Source of the DNA: the human T2T-CHM13v2.0 reference genome, Homo sapiens
Strand: one strand, 5' to 3'
Length of the DNA: 64,000 nt
Assembly (NCBI RefSeq): GCF_009914755.1
Contig: NC_060928.1
Shown: positions 1-13,520 of the stretch, piece after piece
How positions within the stretch are numbered: the first letter of the stretch is position 1
Layout: every line of letters begins with the position of its first letter
Translations under genes and position numbers: made by a program
The notes under the pieces: generated by a model
What the model saw: the letters and a program-made list of their open reading frames with translations, nothing else
Told to the model about the DNA's origin: nothing
Database searches by the model: none

Positions 1-30
1 AGTACAAGTGTGAGCCACTGCACCCAGTCC
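1..30 (-). mobile_element. Alu 5' end (element runs off the window)
   Basis: TACAAGTGTGAGCCACTGCACCCAGTCC matches the reverse complement of the Alu 5' end. Confidence 0.85.
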
Positions 31-149
31 TATTAATATCTTAATGTCTTTCCTCTGAGAGGAGGCATTACTGTGTGAGGAAAGACACATTTTGCTACTG
101 AAATCCCCTCCTTTTTAATTGTCCTAATATGTTATTTAAGTACATTCTA

Positions 150-340
150 CTTGAGGCAGAATCAACGTGTTCTGCAGTTTTGGAATCAAAGAGTTGTATA
201 CTCAAATCACTCCCTCGCATGGTACCTGTGTGACACTGCAAGCAAAAGACTGTCTTTGGGCCATAGTTCTTCGTCAGTAAAATGGACTACCTACCTCACG
301 GTGTTGTGAGGATTAAGGGAGATAATATACATTAAACTTT
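150..340 (+). mobile_element. MIR SINE fragment
   Basis: Degenerate MIR core: TCAGTAAAATGGA...TACCTACCTCACGGTGTTGTGAGGATTAA. Confidence 0.75.
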
Positions 341-1061
341 CATCTCTTTGACTTCAACACAGCAATTATCCAAGGAAGGGAGCTCTTACTATCCTTAAAT
401 ATTCCAGACATTAGTTTTAGTCTAAGTTTCCAGTTGATGGGTATTCTTTCCAAATACTTTAGCTCCAGACTAAAGCAAAAAGGTCATTTGGTGAATATGG
501 TGTGCTAGTTCTGAAGGATGAGGGAGAGGTGCTTTTAAGATAAAAATTAGGAGTGCAGGAGAAATTATCCAGTTTGTAGGTAAGTGCTCTTGATAGGAGC
601 AGCACAACAAAAGGGCACTTATCTCTGGCTTGTCTAAACAGACAAGCCGGCTTCCAGACCCTCCCAAGGTCAAGTTCAGAAAGTCAGCAGTGGGAGGTTG
701 AGGTTGGAAGCCTCATGTGAACATCAAGAATAAGTCAAGCGCTCTCACCTTTCTGAAAGCAGGGAGAGAAAGTACAAGAGGCCTTTGTTAATGAGACAGG
801 AAAATCATAGCCTGAAAATGCTGACAATGACATTTCAAAAGTCTCAATTCCTTAGTAATAGGCAAGAACATGTGAAGAAGGAGAAAAAAATTCTCTGAAG
901 TTTTAAAAAGAAGAAAATGATCAAGTATCTGTGATATGTGAGAACTTTATCTTGCAAGGTTACTTCAGTTCACGTTTCCTAAATGGGGACACCTCTGCAG
1001 AGGGAACACGAGGCTTTTCTTGTGAGGCGCTTTGCTGGTAATTTGTGACTCTGACAAATGC

Positions 1062-1075
1062 CATCTGATTGACAG
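1062..1075 (+). promoter_or_regulatory. PBX-MEIS/PKNOX decamer overlapping an E-box (motif only)
   Basis: TGATTGACAG at 1066-1075 overlaps CATCTG at 1062-1067, in non-repeat DNA. Confidence 0.3.
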
Positions 1076-1162
1076 CCCTGCCCATCCCCCGTCAGGCAGT
1101 CAGAGACGTACGGAAAACACAGAGTCTTCCAAGTCTAAGTTCACTTAGAAAATGCCAAAGGG

Positions 1163-1487
<325 letters not shown>

Positions 1488-1731
1488 TCACACTCTCCAA
1501 CTCTGCTCTCTGGTTGCTGGTGTATTGGAGGCCCAAGGAGAAGTGGCCACTGAGGCCGCCGCCTGCTTGTGGGAGACACTGAGGGGGTCCAGTCAGCCTT
1601 CCAGGTACATCCTGAACACAGAAGCAGCTAGGATCTTCATTTTCATCAGCCTCAGAGAGAGACTCGATGCTCTCCATCCTCACTCTGCCCCTTCTTAAGC
1701 AATCACACCTTCATTTCTTTCCTTTTCTGTC

Positions 1732-2486
1732 TGTTACCGTTAGTTAGCCAGGCATGAGCAGGGCAGAAGAGGGCTCTTCCCCCACCCACCAGGAATGTCA
1801 GGCAATCATTGGTGATGGTTTCTCAGTTACCACATTGCCTCCCTAAACATGATAACTCAGCAGCCGGCGCCAGGGAGAGACAATCTCCTGATGGTCCACA
1901 GCTGTTACAGCAGGTAACCAGGGAGGTGCCTGGGAGAAGCAAATTGAATGCAGGTGCCAGGGAGAAGCAAAAAGGGCATCCAATAAAATGTCAGATATTG
2001 GGCGAGTGAGCCCAGGCATGCCCATTAAGAGACAAAATGGAGGAGTATGACCTTCCGGGGCCACTCTACTGGAAAAGGGAAGAAAGCCTCAGATGGGCCT
2101 GAGTACAACTTCCTGAACACACTGGCAGTCTCACCTCCCAAGCTAAGGAGGGCACTGCGCATGCGGGCAGCCCACTCTAAGGGAAGAATCATGGGAAAGA
2201 GGCGCAAAATGTGAGGAGTGGGCCAGAGTATAAAGTCCTAGGATCAAGGTTAAACGTCACACTTGACCTTCATAGTGCCCACTTGGGTCTCTTCCAAGTG
2301 TACCTTCCTTTCTTTCCTGCTCTAAAGCTTTTTAATACACTTCTACTCCTGCTCTGAAACTTGCCTTGGTCTCTTTTTCTGCCTTATGCCCCTCAGTCAA
2401 ATTCTTCTGAGAAGGCAAGAACTGAGGTTGCTGCAGACCAGTATGGATTCGCCCCCCGGTAACTCAGATACTTTCCATCCCTAACA
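1732..2486 (+). mobile_element. MER50-family ERV1 solo LTR
   Basis: TGTTA...TAACA termini; 4-bp TSD TGTC (1728-1731 and 2487-2490); matches recalled MER50 blocks (CATGAGCAGGGCAG, CCAGGAATGTCAGGC, GAGGTTGCTGCAGACC); TATAAA at 2229. Confidence 0.85.
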
Positions 2487-3539
2487 TGTCTACCATTATC
2501 TGTCCACAAAACCTCTGGAATCCTTCATAACTACAACCCTTGCCCTGAGAAATTCCTCTTGTTTATCCATCTTCCCTCTTTCCCAACCTCAGTCCTTCTC
2601 TCTAGGATCTGAATCCTAAATAGTCTCTCTGTCAGTTTAATGTCTGAGAAATCAGTTGGTGCAATACTATCTAGGCACAAACTCTGCCTTCCCAGGCTAT
2701 AATCCTAAACTCCATTGTCATAACAAAGCAAGCTGCCCATGAAGGAGCATGGGACCACATACTTACATCTTAAGAAAGAAAATCAGGTGAGTGATCAGGC
2801 AGTTGAGCTGGGAGATTTATCTGCCTTTGCACAGTTAGGGTAGATGTGCTGCTGTTGTTTGCTGTCTCTGTTTACTGCCAAAGGATTAGAAACATCTCCA
2901 CACAGAGAAAAGGAACAGGTGGCTTCCCATACCTACTATCCCCACCTAGTCAAGAACCCTGGGTCAAGGTACAGAAGAACATGGCAGATGGCCCAGAAAG
3001 GATTTGGAATAGGGAGCCAACAAGCTCAGAATCACAAAGGATACACAGAGGAAGTAGAGACTCAGGTATACTCAGAACTGGCACAGAAATAAATTTGGGC
3101 CACACAATAAATGGAAAAAAAAGGACAATTGTCTGAAGTTAAAAGTGCTTTTCTTCTTTGGATTGAATTAAAAATCACAAAAAGCATGGAAGATTTATTA
3201 ATATATGCCTTTGTTTAAGGATAGTATCTTTTTTTTTCAAATAAAACAATGTCTTTAAAGAGGACTAAGATTGCAAATGAATGCTTTTAAAGAAATGCAG
3301 GAGGATAAATTAGCAAGCAGGAAACAATGTAAACAAATATTTGTGTCCAATTATTGAAAGTGTTTCAATAAGCATGGATAAAGTGGCCTTTAAGCAATCA
3401 TGATACAGCTAAAAAAGACAATTTTAGCAAAGAGAGATTTGCCGAGTTCTACAGGGGATAACAAAAGTATCTTAGAAATAGATACACTTGCATCCACTTA
3501 TAGTATAAATTGCTATGAATTGAGATGCAGCATTCTGAA

Positions 3540-4320
3540 GAAAGTGGCATAGAATTCTGGAACAGAGCTTGAGTGGAGGGTGGTTCTGTCCTTGCATCTC
3601 TGTGATTTTCAGAGTTTTTTTTAACCCTTCTGGGCCACAGGTCCTCATCAGTAAAAGGAGGCAGCTGGGGCTTAGATCATCTCAAGGTCCTTCCTGTTCT
3701 AGAGTTATTTATTTGTTAAAATGTATTAAGAAAGCATCATAAAAGTGTAATTAGCCTAAAATTTGGGTGTTTGTCCTGTCCTTTCATACCTTATCAAGGG
3801 ATTCCTTGGCCCTTTTCCTGAAAAACTCTTTAATGGAGCTATTACATTGTGAATTTTGGACAGAGCTAGACCTGGAATAGGTGTCAACTCTGTCACGTAT
3901 TGGCAGTGTGACTATGAACAAAGGACATGGGCTCTTTCAGTCTATGATGAGGATCAGTAAAATGCATTATTTACCTCAGGGGGTGATAGGAATAAAATGA
4001 CATCTATCACATACAGAGTTTAGCGTAGCATTTGGCCCTCAGTGAGCAAACAATAAATGATATATTATAAACTATATGTTGTACCTGTAATGTGCATGGG
4101 TCCCAGCTCTGGAACCAGACTTCTTGGGTTCAAACTCTACTCTGCCATTTCTTAACTATGCGGGCTTGGGAAGATTACTTAAATTCCTCACAGCGCAATT
4201 TCCTAATTTGTAAAATAGGGATTATAATAACAATATTTACCAAATTTGGTTGTTGTTAGGTATGAATGAGTTAATAATAAAATTGATAGAACAGTAGCTA
4301 GCTCAGGGCAGGTGGTATTA
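3540..4320 (+). mobile_element. Cluster of about three MIR fragments
   Basis: Repeated MIR core motifs (CTCATCAGTAAAA, GGGTTCAAACTC, TTTGTAAAATAGGG). Confidence 0.65.
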
Positions 4321-4464
4321 AAGAAAATACTCAGATCATCTTTTAATTAGAGGCCAAAGGCCAGAATATACTTAAACAAACAAACAAAAAATGTTTTTAG
4401 AATTAGCAGCTTAAAATGTAATTACTTTTACTTACTTTAAGGCACCTCCTGCTCAAAACTTTCC

Positions 4465-4782
4465 CTTTTTTATTTCTTAATTGTGTTTTGTTTTGTTTTA
4501 GAGACAGAATGTTGCTGTGCCACCTAGGCTGGAGTGCAGTGGCACAATCACAGCGGACTGCAGCCTCAAAATCCTGGCTCAAGCACTCCTCTTACCTCAG
4601 CCTCATAAGTAGCTGGGACTGCAGGCATGTATCACTAAGACTGGCTAATTTTTCAATATCTTTTTTAGAAATGGGGTCCCCTAGATTGCCATGGCTGGTC
4701 TTGAACTCCTGGCCTTGACTGATCCTCCTGCCTTGGCCTTCCATATTGCTGGAATTACAGGTGTGAGTCACTGTGCCTGGCT
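4465..4782 (-). mobile_element. AluJ
   Basis: Diverged antisense Alu with J-type GCTCAAGC...TCCTC; degenerate TSD TCAAAAC(T/C)TT. Confidence 0.9.
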
Positions 4783-5676
4783 TCAAAACCTTTAAACAAG
4801 TATTTGTTTTCTAGCGGACAATCTGAGTGCCATCAGGATTGGGGATGGGGGCCATGGTGACTGCTTAGGAAGTTCTTCCTCTAATCAAGTTAGGCAGAAC
4901 TGGCTCTAAAGTCCTGGCTGGCAAATGTTATCTCTGATTAGTATGCATCATTTCCAGCATGGTATTAGAAACCATAAGATGAAATTAGTTGCCTTTGTGT
5001 TACTAAAATAATAGGTAAAATACTACATGCAATGAATTTTGTGACATTTCACATTTAGTCTTCAGGCTCAGGGCATTTAAAATGAAGCTCTGACCTTTCC
5101 TTCTTGCATCTTAGAGATGTTCTTGATTATCCATTCATTTGAAAACGTGCATGACTCACAAGTCAACAGAGCTCTATGCCTCATTCTCTGATCCTCTTTT
5201 ATGGCTGAGTTAGAACAATAATTTAGCTCTCTTTGGTGTGGTATGAGGCTTTTGGTGAAGAACATTGAGTTCAAGTATTAGTGAGATAAAAGATTAGTGA
5301 AATAAAAGATATTTTAATAAATGTGATTTCAGGTAGATGGAGATTCATAATACTGATTAAAAAGTCAACTGTCTTCTGCGATATAACTTATTTTAATGAA
5401 CTCATCTAAAATTGTAGAGAGCGATATCAGACCTGCACAACTATATTCCAGTCAACAGGCAATAAAATGAAGAGGCATCATGTTTTGAATTTTAGGAGTA
5501 TCCCCAAAACTACTGCTTTATGCCCCAAGAAGCAGATTTTAAAATTCTGATGGTACTAAATGTGTGAAAATTCATTTTGCTAATGTTTCCTTTCACTGTG
5601 TTTTCAGGAGGGAAAATGTTCATAATAATCAGCTACTTTGATCTCAAAAGTCCCTTTCAGCTATAAAATTCTGACC

Positions 5677-5857
5677 TTTATTTTTTCTTTTTTCTTTTCT
5701 TTTTTTTTTTTTTGAGACAGAATCTGTTCCTAAGGCTGGAGTGTAGTGGCCCCTCCCTGCTCATTGCAGCCTTGACCTCCCCAGGCTTAAGTGATTCTCC
5801 CACTTCAGCCTCCCAGGTAGCTGAGACCATAGGCATGTGCCACCAACCCTGACTAAT
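5677..5857 (-). mobile_element. Alu right-arm fragment (AluJ/FRAM-like)
   Basis: T-rich tail followed by the right monomer only. Confidence 0.85.
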
Positions 5858-7064
5858 GACTGATTTTTTTAACATCCACATCGCATAAGGCACTTTCACC
5901 AATGTTGGCTGTTATACCAAATGCTGAAACAGGCTCCAGAGCCTCCCAGGGAATATTCCTCCTCACAAGAATGTATGCTGTCTCCAATTACTGTAGTATT
6001 CTGCAAGTGACCCACTGTGACTTCAGGGACAATTGACTCTACTGTTATGAAGTTGCTGCTAAAATAAAGCAGATTTTTTTGAAATATTCATCACCAATCT
6101 TTTTAACGTTCACAAATCTTGGGAGAGCCTCTTTTGCTGAATCCTTTTCTTGGATCTACTTTATTACGAACATCTACAAATTCAGAGCGGTCTTGACATC
6201 ATTCAAACATCAGAGACAGGAAGTACCTCATGGTTATTTTAAGAAATATGAGAGCACGATGTTTGGCATTCAGTCGGTGCTCATTGAATAGTATTTGAAT
6301 CAATAAATTTAAGTTTTACAGACCTAGGAATGAATATAGGGGTAAGGAGAACAAATACTGGAATAGGTCAAAGGTGCCATTTGTCATACTGAAGGAGGAG
6401 TGTTCACAATTAATGGTTGCCAGCAAAGATGCTCTTCAAATTGGGCACATTTCAATGAAGAGGCTTAATGTATACCCTATTTCTGTATAAGTAGATAAAA
6501 CGTGTCAAAGAAAATGAAAGACTCTGCTTTTGCTTTACAAATAAAATAAGTAGAAGATTTTCATGTTAATTTTGTAATCTTTTATATACAAGTCTTTGGA
6601 CTCAATATTATTGAAAAGGAACATAAATCTGTTTTATCTTTAGAGAACATCTTGTTTTTCAATCATTTAAAATGCCATGATATGCTTTCTGCGATTCAAG
6701 GCGTGATCATATGTTAATGTCTGCTCAATAAAGCATGAAATTCTATAAATACTTTTTACTTCTATTGATCAGCCATCTGAGTGAAAAAGAGGCAAGTGTG
6801 AAAATAAATTCCACTATTGCTTTCCTCGGCTCCCACACTTGTGCCCTATCTGTAATGCTGCCATTAGGACTCAGTGTGATCTAGTGAAGAACGGAGGAGC
6901 TTCGTAGCGGGGACATAATATTTAGAATTCTAGCCCAGCCATTTTCTAGCAGGCCTTCTACATGCTACTTAGCCATCCCAGGCCTCCATTTCTGTCTTTG
7001 AAAATGAGAATAATATTTATACCATAGGGTTATTACACACATTGCCTAGCATATTGTAGCTTTT

Positions 7065-7135
7065 AAAAAACTTTTTATTTTGAATTAATTTTGGGCTTAC
7101 AGAAAAGTTGCAAAAGAAGTACAGAGAGTTCTATG
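7065..7135 (-). mobile_element. Old L1M 3' terminal fragment
   Basis: TTTTATTTTGAATTAATTTT...CTTACAGAAAAGTTGCAAAA is typical of L1MC/L1MD 3' ends. Confidence 0.65.
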
Positions 7136-7294
7136 TGAGGAGGTTTTTATTTTAAAACCAGTGTTAATTTCCTCCTGTTCCTATCAATGTAAATTTAATC
7201 TGTGTGTTTCTACTTCAAAAGCAAAGCTGGAGCTTCAAATTTCTCCTTCCTTTTGATTTGGCTTCCTCAGTACATCTCTCTCTCCCTCTCTTTC

Positions 7295-8490
7295 TTTTTA
7301 AATAGATTTACTTTTTTGAGATGTTTTAGGTTCACAGCAAAATTGAGCAGAAAGTACAGAGATTTCCCATATAACGCCTGTACTCACACATGAAAAGCCT
7401 CCCCAACTATCAACATCCCACACCAGAGTGGTACATTTGTTATAGGCAATGAACCTACAATGACACATCATTATCACCCAGAGTCCATAATTTACTCTTT
7501 TTTTTTTTTTTTTTTAAAGACAGGGTCTTGCTCTGTCACCCAGGCTGGAGTGCAGTGTTGCCCTCATTGTTCACTGCAGCCTCGACCTCCTGGGCTCAAT
7601 TGATCCTCCCACCTCAGTGTCCTGAGTAGCTGGGACTACAGGCACACACCACCTTGCCTGGCTAATTTTTGTGTTTTCTGTAGAGATGGGGCTTGGCCAT
7701 GTTGCCCAGGCTGGTCTTGAACTCCTGGGCTCAAGCAATCTGCCACCCTTGGCCTTCCAAAGAGCTGGGATTATAGGCATGAGCCACCATGCCGGGTCTA
7801 TAGTTCACTCTTGGTGTTGTACATTCTATGAGTTTTGACAATGTAAAATGACACACACCAAACATTTTAGTACCTTATGAAATGTTTCATTGTCCTAAAA
7901 ATCCTCCGTGCTCTGCCTATTCATCCCTCTCTCCTCTAACCCCTGTCAATCACTAACCTTTTTAATTATCTCCATAGTTTTGCCTTTTCCAGAGTGTTAT
8001 AGAGCTGCAATCATACAATATGTAACCTTTTCAGACTGGCACTTAATAATGTGCATTTAAATTTCCTCTGCATTTTTTTCAGGGTTTTTCATGGCTTTTC
8101 ATTTCTTCTTAGCACCGAATAATATTCCATTGTATAGAGTGTATCATGGTTAATCCATTTACCTACTGAAGGGCATTTTGGTTGCTCTCAGGTTTTAGCA
8201 ATTATGAATAAAGCGGCCATAAATATCCGTGTGTAGATTTTTGTGGGGACATAAATTTTCAATTCCTTTGGATAAAAACCAAGGTCATGATAGCTGGATT
8301 GATACAGTAAGAGTATGTGTGGTTTTATTTAAAAAAACTGTCAAACTGTGTGGCAAAGTAGCTGTACCATTTTGCATTCCCACCAGAAATAAATGACACT
8401 TCCTCTTGTTCCACATCCCCTCCAACATTTGGTATTGTTAGTGTTTTGGATTTTTGCCATTCTAATAGGCATGTAGTAGTATCTTGTGTT
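7295..8490 (-). mobile_element. L1MC1/2-like 3' region, interrupted by an AluJ
   Basis: TTTTAGGTTCACAGCAAAATTGAGCAGAAAGTACAGAG and CACCAGAGTGGTACATTTGTT. Confidence 0.85.
7498..7797 (-). mobile_element. AluJ (Jb-like) inside L1MC
   Basis: Full antisense Alu with poly(T); degenerate TSD TCYATARTTYACTCTT. Confidence 0.93.
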
Positions 8491-8857
8491 TCAAACATAT
8501 GTTTTTTAGTGCTTGAACTCTTGAGTAGTCAAAACCTTTTTCTTTAGGAAACCTCTGGGCTCTTACATAAATCAATAGGTCAAACTCATAAATCAAGGGA
8601 GACTGGAGTTTCACCTTAGTTAATACACTGGCGATCCAAGTATGGTACTGGATGATATTGATTTGGGCAGTGCTAAAGTATTATCTTAAATTAAGGGCAT
8701 TTGCCATCCCAGAAACCATATAGTTGTGGTAAGCAAGGGATTTGGAATCATTTCAGATATCTGGGTTTGAATCTTTACTCCTCCCTTTACAAATAGTGCA
8801 ATGGACAAGTTAATGAAATTATCTAAGCTAGTTCCTCATTTAAAAATGAAGATAATA

Positions 8858-9203
<346 letters not shown>

Positions 9204-9699
9204 TTATGGATTTTAAGCTTTTAGGGTAGTACAAACAATGTATTTTTGATTTTTTTATTAGTGACAAATTATGAAAAATTTATCAGAAATTTTAGTATGG
9301 AATGTAGTTTTTTTTTTTTTTCTTGCAGATCAATTCCACAGGAAGCAATATACTTCTTGAATGTGTTGGGTTACTTTCCACAATGTCCTGAAGTATTAGA
9401 AATTTCATCTCAAACCTCTGTAGTAGCAATTTCAGCTAACAGTGGGTTCAAGTGAGGATAAAATTGTAAATGGTTGGCTATCACAAGGTAAAGCAATCCT
9501 GTAGATAGCAGATTTGGCCATAGTCCAAAAATACAGTCGAGGTGCTAATTCCAGTAGCCAGAAAGTGAGTTTAAAATTTTTGACAACATTGTACAGATGG
9601 TACAATTTGGAAAAAGTCAGCATAATCTAATTAACTTATGCTAACATTATGATGAAATATCTTCTCAATTTTATGTTCCCTTTGCACATAGATGTTTCT

Positions 9700-11182
9700 T
9701 CAGCTTTTTTGAGGTATAATTCACAAATAAAAATTGTGCATATTTCTGGTATACATGTTTTGATAGACGCATACATTGTGAAATGAATACCACAATCAAG
9801 CTAATTAACGTATCCATCACCATCACCTCACATAGTTATTCTTTTTTGTGTGTACGTGGTGAAATTTAAAATCTACTCTTAGCAGTTTTCAAGGACACGA
9901 TACATTTTTATTAACTATAGTCACCATGCTGTGCAATAGAGCTCCAGAATTTATTCATACTGTCTAACTGAAACTTGTATCCTTTAAATAACTTCTTCCC
10001 ATCCATCCCCTCATCTCCAGGCCCTGGTAACCACTATTCTACTCTCTGCTTCTTTGAATTCAACTTTTTAGAGGGTCCACATATAAGTGAGATCATGAAG
10101 TGTTTGTCTTTCTCTGCCTGGCTTAGTTCACTTAACGTAATGTCCAGTTTTATCCAGGTTGTTGCAAATGACAGAATTTCCTTTTTTTCGAAGGCAGAAT
10201 AATATTTCATGTGTATATAAGCCACATTTTCCTTATTTATTCATCCATTGATGGACACTTTGATTGATTCCATATATCTTGGCTATTGTGACTAATGCTG
10301 CAACGAACATGGGAGCGCAGCTATGTTTTTGATAGACTGATTTCATTTCCTTTACATATTTACCCAGAAGTAGGAATTGCTAGATCTCATGGGGGTTTTA
10401 TTTTTAATTTTTTGAGGAACTCCATACTGTTTTCCATGATGACTGTACTAATTTACATTACTACCAACAGTGTACAAGGGTTCTCTTTTCTCTACATCTT
10501 GTTATCTTTCATCTTTTTGATAATAGCTATTCTTACAAGTGTGAGACGATATCATATTGTGGTTTGAATATGCATATCCCTGATGATTAGTGATGCTGAA
10601 TATTTGTTTTATATACCTCTTAGCCATTTCTGTATCTTCTTTTTAGAAATATGTATTCAGGTTCTTTGCTCATTTGTAAATTGGATTTTATTTGTTTTCT
10701 TGCTAGTGAGTTGTTTGAGCTTTTTTATGTATGTTGGACATTGTCTCCTTATCAGATATGCAGTGTGCAAGTATTTTCTCCCATTCTGAATGTTGTCTCT
10801 TCACTCTGTTGATTTCTTCCTTTGCTATGCAGAAACATTTTAGTTTGATGTAATCCAATTTGCCTATTTTTGCTTTTGTTGCCTGTGCTGTTGGGGTTAT
10901 AGCCAAAAAATCATTGCCTAGAGGGATGTCAAGAAGCCTTTTCCCTAGGTTTTTAGCTAGTAGTTTTACAGTTTCAGGTCTTACATTAAAATCTTTAATT
11001 TATTTTGAGTTGATTGTTGCATATGGTGTGAGATAAGGGTCCAATTTCGTTCTTCTGTATGTGGATATTTAGTTTTCCCAACACCATATGTTGGAGACTA
11101 TCCTTTCCCCATTGTGTTCTTGGTAGCTTTGTTGAAGATCAATTTGCCATAAACACATGGATTTATTTCCTGGCTCTCTATT
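9700..11182 (-). mobile_element. L1MA (L1MA8/9-like) 3' fragment, about 1.5 kb
   Basis: L1MA 3'UTR motifs; ORF2 C-terminal remnants (KYYSAFEKKEILSFATTW; KLDYIKLKCFC). Confidence 0.9.
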
Positions 11183-12079
11183 CAATCTTCTTCAAACTTC
11201 TCCACATATTCTTAAAAGGTCATATAATATGAAGTTTAAATTTTTTTAGTGTAGTTTTCATCTCTATATTAAAACAAAAAATACTGTATCTCATGCAATG
11301 GAAAGACAAAGATAGTTTGATTTTGGTGGATGAAGAGATTCTGGGCCAAATTTTTTCTTTTGGAGAAAAGGAAGAAACTAACATTTTCTGGCTTTTACTG
11401 TCTATAGACTTTCTTTTCCTTAACAGAGTAATTTGTTTCTGAAAACCCTTTCTTAGAATAAAACCTAACTTGAAACTTCAATTACTATTAAAGGATTTCT
11501 GTAAATTTTTAATGCACATCTGAGTCCCCAAACAAAAACCATTTATTCCAAAAACATTACATTCTATTAAAATGGAAAGCACACACAGGGGAAGGTGAGG
11601 CAACTTTAAGATCTGCAACTGCAGAAAGCTATTCTTAACCCAGCACTGGAGGGACAATGGGAAAAGGTGTTTTTACCAAAGCCTAGGCCAGCAGCCTCAA
11701 CAGCTGGAATCCAGAAGAGATCCTACTGGAATGGTCACCTCCCTTTATCTTCTCTTCTCACCTTTCTATCTTCCCTCGGTGCCTCCTATTGTCTAAAATT
11801 ACCCAGAAGCAAGTTGGGAATGGAATTTGGGAAAACATTCCCAGGGTTTAGCTTCCTATGGTACAGAGAAGAGATGGGAGAGAAGGCAAATGGATCAGAG
11901 AGCAAATAGGTAAATAACTGGCACTATCACATAGCAAAGTAGTGTCCCAGCTGAAACACCTAAGATACAAAATAGTTCTAAATGCAAGTAAGTCAAAGTA
12001 GGAGTATTCAGTGAAACACTTCGTACAGCAGAATTCTTATAGCCCATTTGGATTTTTTTTCGGTACTTTACTGCATTAG

Positions 12080-12280
12080 ATATTGAATTAATTACTTTAC
12101 ATCTGCTAATTCTTTTAACCCTCCATAAGGGGTTAGGTGCTATTATTCATTTAAAACAGAAAAAGTAAGGCTTAACAAGATAAAGTAATTTTCCCAAAAT
12201 TATTCAGTTAATTAAGCAACAGAACTGAGATTTGAACCAAGCTCCTACAGGCTCCCATGCTCTTTCCATTACATCATGAT
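12080..12280 (-). mobile_element. MIR fragment
   Basis: AAGTAATTTTCCCAAA...GAACTGAGATTTGAACC matches the antisense MIR core. Confidence 0.65.
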
Positions 12281-12429
12281 ATAAAAATAATTTACCTCCA
12301 AATAAGTGTATTATGCCTAGCAAAATAAATATATATACTGAGAAGTTTGAGCTACATCAACTAAAAATTATAATTTACTTAATCAAATTAGATAAAACTA
12401 ATATGAATCCAGCATATTTGGTCTCAGAT

Positions 12430-12949
<520 letters not shown>

Positions 12950-13109
12950 ACAAGGATTATTTTTAAATAGCTTTCCTTTACAAAAAAAAATTCAAAATCA
13001 ACCAAAACGGAAAAAAAAAAAAACCCAAAAAACACCCAAGAATCAACAATATACTGTCTGCTTATAGAGCCTTAATTCAAAGATGATGAGGCTATTCAGG
13101 TTGGGAATA

Positions 13110-13520
13110 CAGTTGACCATTGAACAGCAAGACTTTGAACTGCATGGGTCCACTTCTATACAGACTTTTTTCAATAAATCTGCCTGCTTCTACTGTCTCG
13201 CCTTCTAACCACCTCAACCTGTTCTACCTCTGCCATCTGAGACAGCAAGACCAACCCTTCCTCTTCCTCCACCTTCCAGCCTACTCAATGTGAAGACAAC
13301 AAGGATGAAGACCTTTATGATGGTCCACTTCTACTTAATGAATAGTAAATATATTTTCTCTTATGATTTTTTAAATAGAATTTTCTTTTGTGTAGCTTTA
13401 TTGTAAGATTCCAGCATGTAATAAATATATGTTAATCAACTGTTTATGTTATCAGTAAGGCTTGCAGTCAACGGTAGGCTATAAATAGTTAAATTTTGGG
13501 GGAGTGAAAATTACATGCAG
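13110..13520 (+). mobile_element. Tigger2a (TcMar-Tigger) MITE lacking its right terminus
   Basis: TA then CAGTTGACCATTGAACA terminus; GAGACAGCAAGACCAACCC and CAGCCTACTCAATGTGAAGAC blocks; cut off by an L1 tail. Confidence 0.85.
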
